The notes under the pieces: model-generated
What the model saw: the letters and a program-made list of their open reading frames with translations, nothing else
The model's database searches: none
What the model was told of the DNA's origin: nothing
Shown: in pieces, positions 1 to 12,590 of the stretch
Layout of the letters: every line of letters starts with the position of its first letter
Position numbering within the stretch: the first letter of the stretch is position 1
Origin: Mobula hypostoma
Lineage: Eukaryota
Direction: 5' to 3'
DNA: 64,000 nucleotides
NCBI RefSeq assembly: GCF_963921235.1
Contig: NC_086097.1
Location: 30,506,001-30,570,000, forward strand
Translations under genes and position numbers: made by a program

Positions 1-362
1 ATCTACGTGAAACATTGCCATAGAAGAGCAGCGTCCAAAGATCCTCACTACCCAGGCCACGCTCTCTTCTCGCTGCTGCCATCAGGTAGAAGGTATAAGT
101 TCCTCAGGAACACACCACCAAGTTCAAGAACAGTTACTACACCTCAACCATCAGGCTATTGAAAAAAAGGGATAATTATACTAATTTAAGGACTCTTACC
201 TCATTATTTCATGATTATTTATTGCTATTTATTTATATTTGCATTGTCCATTGTTTACAGTTACTGTTCTATAGATTTGCTGAGTATGCCTGCAGAAAAA
301 TGAATCTCAGGGCTGTATGTGATGACACGTAGGTACTCTAATAATAAATTTTACTTTGAACA
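1..362 (+). mobile_element. Rex1/Babar-type LINE 3' end
   Basis: PGHALFSLLPSGRRY...TT.FKNSY coding remnant, then a UTR ending aataaattttactttgaa. Confidence 0.75.
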
Positions 363-663
363 CTACCGTGCAACCCTTCCAGCTCATATTCAGAACCCTC
401 CAAAATAGAAGGGAGGGGACCTGGAATGTATTAACCATGATCAAGCTGAATAGTGAGGCTGGTTTAAGAGGGCAAGAGGCCAACCCCAGCTCCGATTTTC
501 CAACATTCCATATCCCTTTGAAAACTAACATGTACTTCCTGCAAGTTGCCACAAGCAGGCTGCTAATGACAGCATCAAGCTCCTGGAGAAGACAAAATAC
601 CAGAGTTATCCATGCTGGGAGCAAGATGGGAGAACTCAGAATTACACCCCTTACAGCAGATTA

Positions 664-815
664 CAAACACGAGATTGTGCAGATGCTGGAAATCCAGAGT
701 AACACCACAAAATGCGGGAGGAATTCAACAGGTCAGGCTGCCTCTACAGAGGGCAATAACAGTCGATGTTTCAGGTTGAGACTCTTCATCAGCACTAGAA
801 AGGAAAGAGGAAGGA
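664..815 (-). mobile_element. Penelope terminal module with degenerate hammerhead (761-796)
   Basis: gcagatgctggaaatcc...caggtcaggc...agtcgatgtttcaggttgagactcttcatcagcact, the same module as 14905-15030. Confidence 0.8.
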
Positions 816-1224
816 AGCCCCCCCCCCGCACCAAAAAAAGCCCCTTGTAGCAGAGAAGGTTTGGGGAAAGATTATTGTTCAAAAGTGAGGAGTTTTAACA
901 AACTTCAAAATTTCAGGAACACTGATTTAAGATAATGGGCCAGAGACAAGATTTATTTTCAAAAATCTAGACTGCATTACCCAAAAAGGAGACAGAACAT
1001 AGCACAGTACCATACAGGTTGTGCCATCCTTTTTAACCTACTCCAAGATCAATCTAACCCTTTCCTCTCACATAGTCCTCCATTTTGCACAAGAAGCAGA
1101 CACAACAGAAATTAGATACGCTAACAGGAATATGAAGGAAGAGTGGATATGGATGCATATCATATTAACTGAACACAACTAGGAGCTGAATAACTAGTGC
1201 AGAGAGACCTTCCAGTTTACACAC

Positions 1225-1862
1225 ACATAACTACAGGTTGAGTAAGGAAGGGAAATGCAATGTCAGCATTCATTCCAGAGGACTAGAATATGAAAGCAAG
1301 GATGTAATGCTGAGGCTTTAGAAGGCATTGGTCAGACTGCATTTGGAGTAGTTTGAGCAGTTTTGGGCCCCTTCTCTTAGAAAGTATGCGGTGGCATTGA
1401 AGAGGGCCCAGAGGAGGTTCACGAGAATGAACGAGCTAACATATGAGGAGTGTCTACGAAAGCTCTGGGCCTGTACACACTGGAGTTTACAAGAATGAAG
1501 GGAGATCTCATTGAAACTTACCGAAGAGCGAGTGGATGTAGAGAGGTTGTTTCCAGTAATGGGAGAGTATGGGGACCAGAAGGCTCAGCTTCAGAATACA
1601 AGGACATCCCTTTACAGCAGAGATAAGGAATTTCTTTGGCAAGAGGGTGGTGAACCTGTGGAATTTTTTTGTGTCAGACAGCTATGGTGGCCAAGTCACT
1701 GGGTACATTTAAAGTGAAGATTGAAAATTTCCTGATTAGTAAGGATGTCACAGGTTATGGGGAGAAGATAGGAGAATAGTTTTGAGAGGGAAACTAGATC
1801 AGCCGTGATGGAATGGTGGAGCAGACTTGATTGGCCTTTATCTGCTCCTATGTCTTATGGTC
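1225..1862 (+). mobile_element. CR1 3' fragment
   Basis: Degenerate KANAM.AFI.RGLEY...LERAQRRFTR region; tail tgctcctatgtcttatggtct. Confidence 0.85.
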
Positions 1863-2184
1863 TCTCACACACACAAGGAGTGCCTTGTCAGAGACAGGAG
1901 CAGGCATATCTGGTGAAAGGTAACTTCAGCTATTATAAGGGCGGCAGGGAGCTTCCTTATTGTTGGCAATGACTTAAGTCACAGCTGTCTCGGCATCATT
2001 CTGGGGACAATTTATTTTAAAGCATCTCGCGAGATCAGAGTCATTGTATTCCTGATGTGCAGTCATTAAAGAGTCAGGCTCAAATTGAATGGTCTGTATC
2101 TGATACCAGAATCAATCATAAATCAATGTTAGGTGGGGGAAGAGATATCCCACACACAAACACTTCACAATTGACTGCAAGATG

Positions 2185-2465
2185 TAAAACAACACCAGTG
2201 ACCCAGGTCCAATTCTGCTGCTGTCTGTAAGAAGTTTGTACATTAACCCAATGACTGTGTGGGTTTCCTCCAGATGCTCCTGTTTCCTCCCACGTTCCAA
2301 AGCATACAGATTAGGGGTTAGTAAAATGTGGGCATGCTATGACAGTGCCAGACGCATCGACACTTGTGGGTTGCCCTCAGCACATTCTTGAACTGTGTTG
2401 GTTGTTGACACAAACAAAGCATTTCACTGTATGTTTCAATGTACATGTGACAAATAAAAATAATC
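2185..2465 (+). mobile_element. V-SINE/HE1-type SINE
   Basis: gtgggtttcctccagatgctcctgtttcctcccacgttccaaag central domain; tail catgtgacaaataaaa. Confidence 0.75.
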
Positions 2466-3849
2466 TTAATATTACGACTTCATGGAGTGGACAATACATT
2501 TCCAACTCTAACATTCCGTTTGAAACACCATGGATCAAGCCCACATCACTGTCAGCAACACCACCAAAACACCACTTTGATTTTACAGCACCATTTACCA
2601 CAGGAGAGCAAGTCACCTCCCAGGTGAGTAGACAGCTGAAACACTGACCACTCACGGGATCATTAGGGCAGCTGACTAAAACTTGATCCAAAAGGCAAGA
2701 GAGAGAAACAATTAGAACAGATGCCTGGGAGGCGTGATTAAACACTGCAGTGGATGTATTTATTTCTTTCCGGGGTGTGCTTGGAGGACGTGGGGAGTGA
2801 AGTGGGAGTGGTCCGTATATTGAAGGTTGGAGGCCAGATGTCTGAGTGTCTGAAAGTCCAGGGCCAAGTACTAGAGGTCCATTGGTGGCCAGTGCTGGGG
2901 TCGGAGGCCTATCTATGTGAAAGGAAGGTGGGAAAGGGGCTTGTTTTTTCGTTGTTGTTGCTGCTTATGTTGTTCTGTTGTTCTGCCGAGCACAGCAGAC
3001 ATGCTATGTTGGCGCCAGAATGTGTGGAGACATTTGTGGGCTGCCCCCAACATATCCTGAAGTTGTGTTGGCTGTTAATGCAAGCAATGGATTTCACTGG
3101 ATGTTTGAAGCACATGTGACAAGTCTGAATCTGAGAAAATAACAGTTTTATTGTCTCATCTGTAGGTTACTTTTAAGTAAGGAAACTGTTAAGTTAGAGC
3201 CCTAGGTTAGCAGCTGCCCAACTGGGAATATGGAAAGGTACAAGGTAAAACCATCACTGTACACACTACAGAAACAGGTCATTCAGCCCTCCGATTCTAC
3301 ACCATCATTTATGCGCCATCTCATCCTACAATGTACAGCAATACAGTTCAAAAACAGTCACTCAGAATCAACATGGTAGAAACCATTTTCTTTGTCCAGT
3401 AAGTCTGTGTGTTGCTGTGAGCCTATTCACCTGGAAACATTCTACAGATGTTGCAGGTGGTGGAGAGGGAAGGGTGACACAGAAGAGGTCTCTGCAGTCA
3501 GGAATGGATTTAGTTCAGTAAGGTAGGTACCATATGTACAAAGGAATAGCCATACATTAACCCTTTCATTCCCCGGTTCACAAGGAGGATCCCAGGAATG
3601 ACAAGGTTAATGTGGAGGGGTGTTTGATGGTTCTGGACCTTCTAAAACCTGATGGTTCTAGAAGCTAGCATTTAGAAGAATGAGAGGGGAATTCATTGAA
3701 ATCTATGGAATACTGAACATCTAGATAAGAGTGGAAGTGGAGAGAAAGCTTCCAATAGTGGGGGAGTCTAGAACCAGGGGGCACAGACTCAGAGTACAAG
3801 TACAATCCTTTACAACAGAGATGAGGAGGAATTTCTTTAGCTAGAAGTG

Positions 3850-3960
3850 GTGTGCAGAAGAGCATCTATGAATGCACAACACATCGAAGTGGATGGGCTA
3901 CAGCAGGAGAAGACCACGCTGGGTTCACCCCTGCACCCAATAATCTGACCGCTGAGTATA
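3850..3960 (+). mobile_element. Probable short non-autonomous Tc1-type remnant
   Basis: gtgtgcagaagagcatct...ggatgggctacagcag.agaagaccac...aataatctgaccgctgagtata resembles the short Tc1 deletion derivatives common in fish genomes. Recognised from memory only. Confidence 0.45.
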
Positions 3961-4489
3961 TATTCCCAAGATCAGACCAACTAACCTTCACTCAGAGGAT
4001 GCTGCGAGTGTAGAACAAGCTGCCAAAGGAAGTGGAAGTCCTGAGTTCAATTGTAACATTTAAGAGAAGTTCACATAGGTACATGGATGAGAGGGGTTTT
4101 GAGGGATATGGTCCAAATGCTGGTCAATGGGACAAGAGAGAAGGCCAGTTTCTGTGCTGTAGTGCTCACTGATTCTAAACAAGCAATGGGTGAGCATAAC
4201 ACCTGACTTGCACTGGGAGCTCCTGAGAAGACCAGGTGGGGTCTCATTGTTCTATAATTCTTTGTCGCACCACTTATTTAATCATGTATCCAGCAATTCA
4301 ATCCATTAGAAGAATACAAACGGAGCAAAAAATATTGGAGGTGTACAGGATTGGGTTTCTAACATGCTGCCTCCAGGAGCCATCTGGCAATTGGATTGAG
4401 TACACTGAGCAAGAGTGACCTTAATCAGATGATTTACGGCGTGATCTGTGTTTCTCCTACATCCTTTATGTGGGATGAACTTGATAATG

Positions 4490-5222
4490 TTCCACGTATG
4501 TGAGGTGATACACTTTGGAAAGTCAAACTTGAAGGCAGAGTACAGAGCTAATGGCAGGATTCTTAGCAATGTGCAGGAACTGAGGGATCTTGGGGTCAAC
4601 ATCCACAGATCCCTCAAAGCTGATAGTGTATACTGTTAAGAAAGTGTATACTGGCACTCATTAGTTGGGGAATTGAGTTCAAGAGCCGCAAGGTAATGTT
4701 GCAGCTCCATAAAACTCTGGTTACACCACACGGAGTATTGTGTTCAGTTCTGGTTGCCTCATTATAGAAAGGATGTGGAAACTTCAGAGGGTGCATAGGA
4801 GAATTATCAGATTTTTGGATTAGAGAGCATATCTTATTGGGATAGGCCAAGCAAGCTAAGGCTTTCCTCTTTAGAGCAAAAGATGAGAGGTGGCTTGATA
4901 GAGGTGTACAAGACAATAGACAAAGTGGACAGAGAGAGCTTTTATCACAGGGCAGAATGGCTAATACGAGGGGACATAATTTTGAGGAAAGTATAGGAGG
5001 GATGTCAGAGGTAGGTTTTTATTTCTTTACACAGAGTGGTGGGTGCATGGAAGACACTGCCAGAAGTGTTAGGCATAGTTAAGAGATCCTTAGGCACCAG
5101 GATTAAAGAAAAATGGAAGGCTATATAGGAGGGAAACGTTAGATTGATCTTACAGATGGTTAAATGTTTGGTGCAACATCATGGGCTGAAGGATCTGTAC
5201 TGAGTTGTTCTGTGATCTATGT
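4490..5222 (+). mobile_element. CR1 3' fragment
   Basis: CEVIHFGKSN...RDLGVNIHRSLK through to the 3' UTR. Confidence 0.85.
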
Positions 5223-6721
5223 AATTCCAGGCTGTTGCCAGCGAATGTTACCTGTTTAAGCCCCAGGTGACTCCACAAAGTTATCACAGCAATAGTACAC
5301 TGCAGGTAGTCAGAGTCATACAGCGTGGAAACTGGCCTTTCAGCCCAAATGGTTCATGCCAATCAAGGTGCCCCATTCACACTTGTCCCATTTACCAGAC
5401 TTCCAACTCACAAGCTTGTTAACCTTCAAGATGGTGCAAACTAACAACGCAACCAATGGCAACATCCTGCAGACAGTTCAAAAAACTTTTAATTCTTTGT
5501 TCAAATACGATTCTACTACTAAGCTGCATGCGATCAGAACCTGAGATTTACATCTTGATAATGTGTTTTTGGGCTGATGTCTGTCGCTTTGCTGTCTCCA
5601 AAGGTTTGGTGAGGTTTTGAGTGGAGTATGTGGGCTGGAAGCCTGGCGAGCGCAGAGGATGGGTGGGCGCTCGATGCCATCTGCCTGCATTTGACCAGTC
5701 TTCCTCTCCCTCTTACCAGCTGCTGTCAGAGGAAAGTGCAGTAGTCTTGGGATCCACTTTGTAACGATCGAACAGCAGGGTTGACGACTCGCTTTTAGGG
5801 ACTTTGTCATGTTCCATGTGTCCCTGGATTCTAGATACTCTTTTTCTTTTCGCTGTTTGATCACCGCCATCGACCTGGACTGAGGTGCTTCAGCGAAGAA
5901 CGTCCTTGCGGCCTGCAGTGGAGTAGCGATGCAGTGCTGAACTGAACTAAACTGAATACCACTGGGCTCCTGGTTTGATGTTTGATATTCTATGTGTTAT
6001 TCGCTCACTTTTTCCCATGTGTGCAATTTGCTCTTTTTTCAAGCATTGGGTATTTGATGTTCTCTTGAATGGGTTCTATGATGTTTCTTTGTTTCATGGC
6101 TGCCTCCAGGATGATGAATCCCAGAGTTGTATTCTTTGTATATACTTTGATAATAAATGTACTCTGAATCTTTAAATCTTTCCTGTCCAGGTACCTCTGT
6201 ACCTATCTTGGCACTTCTGACAGCTGATTCCACATAGATCTCAACACATGTGTAAAAATATTTGCCCAAGTTCCTCTTGAGTCTTACTTCTCTCAGGTTA
6301 AACCTATGTCTTCTAATTCTAGATTCACCAACCCTGGGAAGAGACTGAGCATATTAATCCTGCATATTGCCCTCATGATTCCAATCATCTCTCAGTTTCC
6401 AAGGCTCGAAAGAACAATTTAAACAGTCTGTACCATGCCAACTTACCAGAACATCCTTCAAGGCTACCTGAACAGCTGCACGTGGGAGCACCACCCTCTC
6501 CCCTAAAACACTTATTACCCGAAATAGAGAGTAAACAGTAGTTAAGAATGCCTCAAGCTCAATACTCGTACTCTAGAAATGAAAGTTTATTCCCGCTTTA
6601 ATTTCACTCCAAATGGAAGATTAACAGTACTGGTAGCCCTTGAGAACATTCCCTCCTCCAAAAATGTAATGGTACATTTGGAGGGATAGTGAACTTCCCT
6701 ACTTCAGGACAACTGGCTGCT

Positions 6722-7300
6722 CACAAGACATCGGAGCAGAATTAGGCCATTCGGCCCACCGAGTCTGCTCTGCCATTCAATCACAGTTGATTTATTATCA
6801 TTCTTAACCCCATTCTCTTGTCTTCTTCCCATAATCTTTGATCCCCTTACTAATCAAGAAACCTTCATCCTCTGCTTTAAATATATCCAATGACTTGGCC
6901 TCCCGGGTCATCTGTGGCAATGAATTCCACAAATTCACCACCCTCTGGCTCAATAATTTCCTCATCTCTGTTCTAAAGGGATTGTCTGTGTATTCTGAGG
7001 TGGGCTCACTGGTCCTGGACCGCCCCACTATTGGAACCATCCACTTTATTTCCGTCTTTCAATATTCATAAGGTGTGAAATGAGATCCCACCTTATTCTT
7101 CTGAACCCCAGTGAGTACAAGCCCAGAGATGCCAAACACTCATGTTAACCTTTTCATTCCTGGGATCATTCTTGCAATCCTCCTCTGGACCCTCTCCAAT
7201 GCCAGCATATCCTTCCTTAGATAAGGGGCCCAAAACAGCTCGCAATACTTCGTGCAGTCTGACTAATGCCTTATAAAGCCTCAGCACAGCGTCCTTACAC
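6722..7300 (-). mobile_element. CR1 3' fragment
   Basis: LRLYKALVRLH; SQRVVNLWNSLPQ...DIFKAE. Confidence 0.85.
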
Positions 7301-7629
7301 TTAGTGATTCAGTTTCCGCTAAGCAGGATGTCTTGCTGCACTTGACATCAGCAGCTTCTGAAAGGAAAGAATCTACTTCCCATGTGGAAGTGTGAATCAC
7401 TCCAGATTTGTCTGGCACACTCCTCACAGGCAGGAATGTTCACTGGCCACACCACAGAGAGGAAATTGCTTTGGAGCTGCTTTACAAACTATTACGGGGA
7501 GCAAGGTCAAGTTTAATGTGCGAGGCAGACACTTCCTACAGCTAACACAAACTGGACAGGGTCATCAACTTGTAACATCAACTCCTTTCTCCCAACTGAG
7601 TTTCCCTAAAACAGCTGTGTTCTGCACCT

Positions 7630-7925
7630 CAGCATGGTAGCATCACGGTTAGTTCATAGCACCAGTCATCGGTGTTCAGTTCCTGCTGCTGTCTATAAGG
7701 AGTTGATACGTTCTCCCCATGACTGCTTGGGCTTCCTCTGGATTGCTCCTGTTTCCTCCACATTCTAAAGATGTACGGGTCAGGATTACTAAATTGTGCT
7801 GGAAAAGTGGCGTCACTTGCAGTCTGTCCCCAGCACATCATCAGACTGTGCTGGTCATTGGTGCAAACGACGCATTTCACTGTAATGTTTTCGTGTTTGA
7901 TGTACATGTGACAGCTAATCTCTAA
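7630..7925 (+). mobile_element. tRNA-derived V-SINE/HE1-type SINE
   Basis: Head plus central domain tgggcttcctctggattgctcctgtttcctccacattctaaagatgtacggg and tail catgtgaca. Similar copies at ~2185-2465 (+), 8395-8660 (-), 24415-24715 (+), 37885-38125 (+), 38303-38615 (+), 47440-47712 (-), 57820-58105 (-) and 63235-63420 (-). Confidence 0.75.
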
Positions 7926-9169
7926 CGTCTCTTTATTCTTTTCTCTTTGATTACTTCCATTTATTTTCTTCTATTTATGACTCCTGCAGACAGATCAGCT
8001 ACGATTAACAAGTCTCATCAATCATTCTGAGATGGCATCAACAGCCTGCATCTCCCCGGGACAATCTCAGTCTCCACTCCATCACAGATTACCTCTTTGT
8101 TCATGCCACCTCTCCCCCCCCCTAAACTTAACTTTGCTTTCTTAACTCTTCTCTTTTGAACACACATTGGAAAAAGCCCAGAGATAAAGTCAGATGTGCT
8201 GTGATGAATAAAGTTAGTGCAGGAAGCCAGTATGAAGTTTGGAGGCAGGTGGAGGGACACACAAAAAGTCTTCCACTTGAAACATTAACTCTTTCTTTCA
8301 CAAATGCTGCTTGACCTGTTATTTCCTGCAATTGTTTTTTTTTACATTTTTTATTTCAGATTTGCAACATCTGCAATTTATATTATTTTTATTATTTAGC
8401 GATACAGTGCGGAACAGGCCCTTCCGGCCCAGTGAGCCGTGCCACTCAGCAACCCACCTATTTGACCCTAGCATTATCACAGAACAATTTACATGACCCA
8501 CTAAACAGTACTTCTTTAGACTGTGGGAGGAAACTGGAGCACCTGGAGGAAACCCATGTGGTCACAGGGTGCACTTACAAACTTCTGAAAGACAACAGCA
8601 AGAATCAAGCCCCCATCTTACAACTGGCACCATAAAGCAATGTGCTAATCACTATGCTACTGTGACATCTCACTGTACAATCTACAAATCATTTAAAAAG
8701 CAACAACAGAAGGTCCTCCACCCATATAATTGACCGAATTCCAAGGTGACACAAGTCAAACATAGAACAGTCCAACTCAGGAACAGGCCTTTCGGCCCAC
8801 AATGTTGTGCTAAAATAATTACGCTAACAACAACTAATCTCCTCGGCCTGCAGATGGACCATATTCTTCCATTCTCTGCACATTCATGTGCATATCCAAT
8901 AAACTCTTAAATGCCTCTATTGTATCTGCTTTCACCACTATCAGTGGCAGCACATTCCAAGTACAACACTTCTTTAAAATAAATGTGTCCTGCACATCTT
9001 TGAACCTTCCCCTCTTACTGTAATTGCAATCCCTTCAGAATTAGAAATTTCAGCCTGAGGGTAAAAGTTATCAACTCTCCACTCTATGCCTTTCAATCTT
9101 ACAAACCTCCATCAGATCCCCATCATTACTTGCCACACCAGAGAAAACTACTTCAGTTTTTACAACTTC

Positions 9170-12100
9170 TCAGTCATAGAACACTACAGCAAAGAAACAG
9201 GCCCTTCAGCCCATCTAGTCCATGCCAAACCATTAATCTGCCTAGTCTCATCGACCTGTCTGTAAACCATAGGCTTCCATACCCCTCCTATCCATGTACC
9301 TATCCAAATTTCTCTTAAATGTTAAAATCGAATTCACATCCACTACTTCCACTGCCAGCTCATTCCTCTCTCACAGCAGGCTCGGATTGAAAAAGCTCCC
9401 TCTCATGTTCCCCGAAACATTTCATCTTACACCCTTAACCCATGACTTCTAGTAGTCTCACCCAACCGCGGTGGAAAACACCTGCTTGCATTTACCCTAT
9501 CTAGATCACTCAATTTCACATACCTATCAAATCTCCTCTCCATCTTCTACACTCTAGGGAATAAAGTCCGAACCTATTCAACTCTTCCCTATAACTCAGG
9601 TGTTCAATTCCTGGCAATATCCTTGTCAATTTTCTCTGCACTCTTTCAATCATATCTACATTTCCTGTAGGTAGGTGACCAAAACTGCACACAATACTCC
9701 AAATTAGGCCTCACCAACATCTTATACAACTTCAACATAACTTCCCAACTCGTATTCAGTACTTTGATTTATGAAGGCCAATGTGCCAAAAAGATTTCAT
9801 AACAACCCTATCTACTTGTGATGCCATTTTCAAGGAATTATGGACCTGTGTTCCCAGGTTCCTGTCTAACACACTCCTCAGGGCCCTTCGGCTCACCGTG
9901 CAAGACCTATCCTGGTTGGTCCTTCCAAAGTGCAACACCTCAGACCTGTCTGGATTAAACTCTATCCGTCATTTTTCAGCCCATTTTTCCAGCTGGTGCA
10001 AATCCCCTGGCAAACTTTGATAATCTTCCTCGCTGTCCACTACACCCTCAGTCTTGGTGTCATCCACAAACTTGCTAATCCAGTTTACCACATTATCATC
10101 CAGATTGTTGATATAGATGAGAAACAGCAGCCGGCACCAACACCAATGTCTCTGGCACACCACTAGTTACAGGCCTGCAGTCAAAGCAGCAGCTATCTAC
10201 TACCTCACCTTGAATGTCAAGCGACTGAACTTTCCTGATCAAGCTCTTACGCGGGACCTTATCAAAGGACTTGCTAAAGTCCATGCAGATAACATACACT
10301 GCTTTTCCTTCATTTACTTCCTGAAAAAAAACACTAAGATTGGTTAGGCACAACCTACTATGCACAAAGCCATGCTGACTATCCCTAAACAATCCCTGTC
10401 TATCCAATACTCATATATCCAGTCCTTTAGAATACCTTCCAATAACTTTCCCGCTACCGTAACTTCCTGGCTTACTTAAACAACAAAGAGCTTTTCTTAA
10501 ACAAAACAATATTAGTTATCCTCCAAACTTTCCTACACTTCACCTGTAAATAGTGGATGCATTAGTGATAATTTTTCAAAACTCGTTAGATTCTGGACTA
10601 GTTCCTGAGGATTGGAGGGTGGCTAATGTAACCTCACTTTTTAAAAAAGGAGGGAGAGAGAAACTGGGGAATTATAGACCGGTTAGCCTAACGTCGGTGG
10701 TGGGGAAACTGCTGGAGTCAGTTATCAAAGATGTGATAACAGCACATTTGGAAGGCGGTGAAATCATCGGACAAAGTCAGCATGGATTTGTGAAAGGAAA
10801 ATCATGTCTGACGAATCTCATAGAATTTTTTGAGGATGTAACTATTAGAGTGGATAGGGGAGAACCAGTGGATGTGGTATATTTGGATTTTCAAAAGGCT
10901 TTTGACAAGGTCCCACACAGGAGATTAGTGTGCAAACTTAAAGCACACGGTATTGGGGGTAAGGTATTGATGTGGATGGAGAATTGGTTAGCAGACAGGA
11001 AGCAAAGAGTGGGAATAAACGGGACCTTTTCAGAATGGCAGGCGGTGACTAGTGGGGTACCGCAAGGCTCAGTGCTGGGACCCCAGTTGTTTACAATATA
11101 TATTAATGACTTGGATGAGGGAATTAAATGCAGCATCTCCAAGTTTGCGGATGACACGAAGCTGGGTGGCAGTGTTAGCTGTGAGGAGGATGCCAAGAGG
11201 ATGCAGAGTGACTTGGATAGGTTGGGTGAGTGGGCAAATTCATGGCAGATGCAATTTAATGTGGATAAATGTGAAGTTATCCACTTTGGTGGCAAAAATA
11301 GGAAAACAGATTATTATCTGAATGGTGGCTGATTAGGAAAAGGGGAGGTGCAACGAGACCTGGGTGTCATTATACACCAGTCATTGAAAGTGGGCATGCA
11401 GGTACAGCAGGCGGTGAAAAAGGCGAATGGTATGCTGGCATTTATAGCGAGAGGATTCGAGTACAGGAGCAGGGAGGTACTACTGCAGTTGTACAAGGCC
11501 TTGGTGAGACCACACCTGGAGTATTGTGTGCAGTTTTGGTCCCCTAATCTGAGGAAAAACATCCTTGCCATAGAGGGAATACAAAGAAGGTTCACCAGAT
11601 TGATTCCTGGGATGGCAGGACTTTCATATGAAGAAAGACTGGATGAACTGGGCTTGTACTCGTTGGAATTTAGAAGATTGAGGGGGGATCTGATTGAAAC
11701 GTATAAGATCCTAAAGGGATTGGACAGGCTAGATGCAGGAAGATTGTTCCCGATGTTGGGGAAGTCCAGAACAAGGGGTCACAGTTTGAGGATAAAGGGG
11801 AAGCCTTTTAGGACCAAGATTAGGAAAAACTTCTTCACACAGAGAGTGGTGAATCTGTGGAATTCTCTGCCACAGGAAACAGTTGAGGCCAGTTCATTGG
11901 CTATATTGAGGGAGTTAGATATGGCCCTTGTGGCTACGGGGATCAGGGGGTATGGAGGGAAGGCTGGGGCGGGGTTCTGAGTTGGATGATCAGCCATGAT
12001 CATAGTAAATGGCGGTGCAGGCTCGAAGGGCCGAATGGCCTACTCCTGCACCTATTTTCTGTGTTTCTATGTTTCACCTGTGGCTAAGGACTATTTAAAC

Positions 12101-12590
12101 ATCTCTACAGCGGCCCCTGCAATTTCTGCACTAGCACCCCAAAGGATCTGAGGGAACACCTTGTCAGGCCCTGGAGATTTATCTACCCTAATATGCCTCA
12201 AGACAGCAAACACCTCACCAGTAAACTGTATAAGGTTCATTACCTCACTGCTGCTTTGCCTCACTTCTACAGACCCCACGTGTGTCTCTCGAGTAAATAA
12301 CGATGAAAAAAATCAACTTAAGATCTTCCCCATCTCTTTAGGCTTCATGCATAGATTATCTTTCTGATTTTCTGGAGAACCAATTTTGTACGTTGCTATC
12401 CTTTTGCTCTGAATATATCCGTAGAAGCCCTTGGGATTCTCCTTTACCTTGTCTACTTTACCTTTCAGCTTTCTTGATTTCCTCAAGTGTTTGCTTGGAT
12501 TTCTTATGCTCAAATACCTCATTTGTTCCTACATGCCTAGAGCTGCTATGCACTTCCTTTTTCTTAGCTAGGGGCTCAGTATCTCTCAAA
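9170..12590 (-). mobile_element. Older degenerate CR1 LINE, split by the young CR1
   Basis: Frameshifted RT pieces (SQHGFV..LCLTNL, DFSKSFDKVP, YINNLD..FVDD). The sequence is continuous across the TSD, and the 5' part (VDKSPGPDKVFP; KENPKGFYGYI) lies at 12082-12590. Confidence 0.9.
10548..12072 (+). mobile_element. Young 5'-truncated CR1 LINE (RT domain + 3' UTR)
   Basis: ORFs 10553..11332 and 11348..11980 are in the same frame, split by one TGA at 11330-11332. Motifs NYRPVSLTS, LDFQKAFDKV, GVPQGSVLGP, FADD. CR1-type tail ttctgtgtttctatgt. 9-bp TSD ttcacctgt at 10539-10547 and 12073-12081. Confidence 0.96.

Noticed and set aside
356..850. 164-aa ORF and the many other 60-140 aa ORFs
   Set aside because: No recognisable domains. 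Most overlap TE remnants or their antisense frames; the recurring 'NAGGTQQARQHLW' peptide is the non-coding Penelope module.
7630..7700. tRNA genes
   Set aside because: The tRNA-like heads are degenerate SINE 5' parts with no complete cloverleaf.
10553..11980. Two separate RT genes or programmed stop read-through
   Set aside because: One CR1 ORF2 fragment with a single nonsense mutation explains it more simply.
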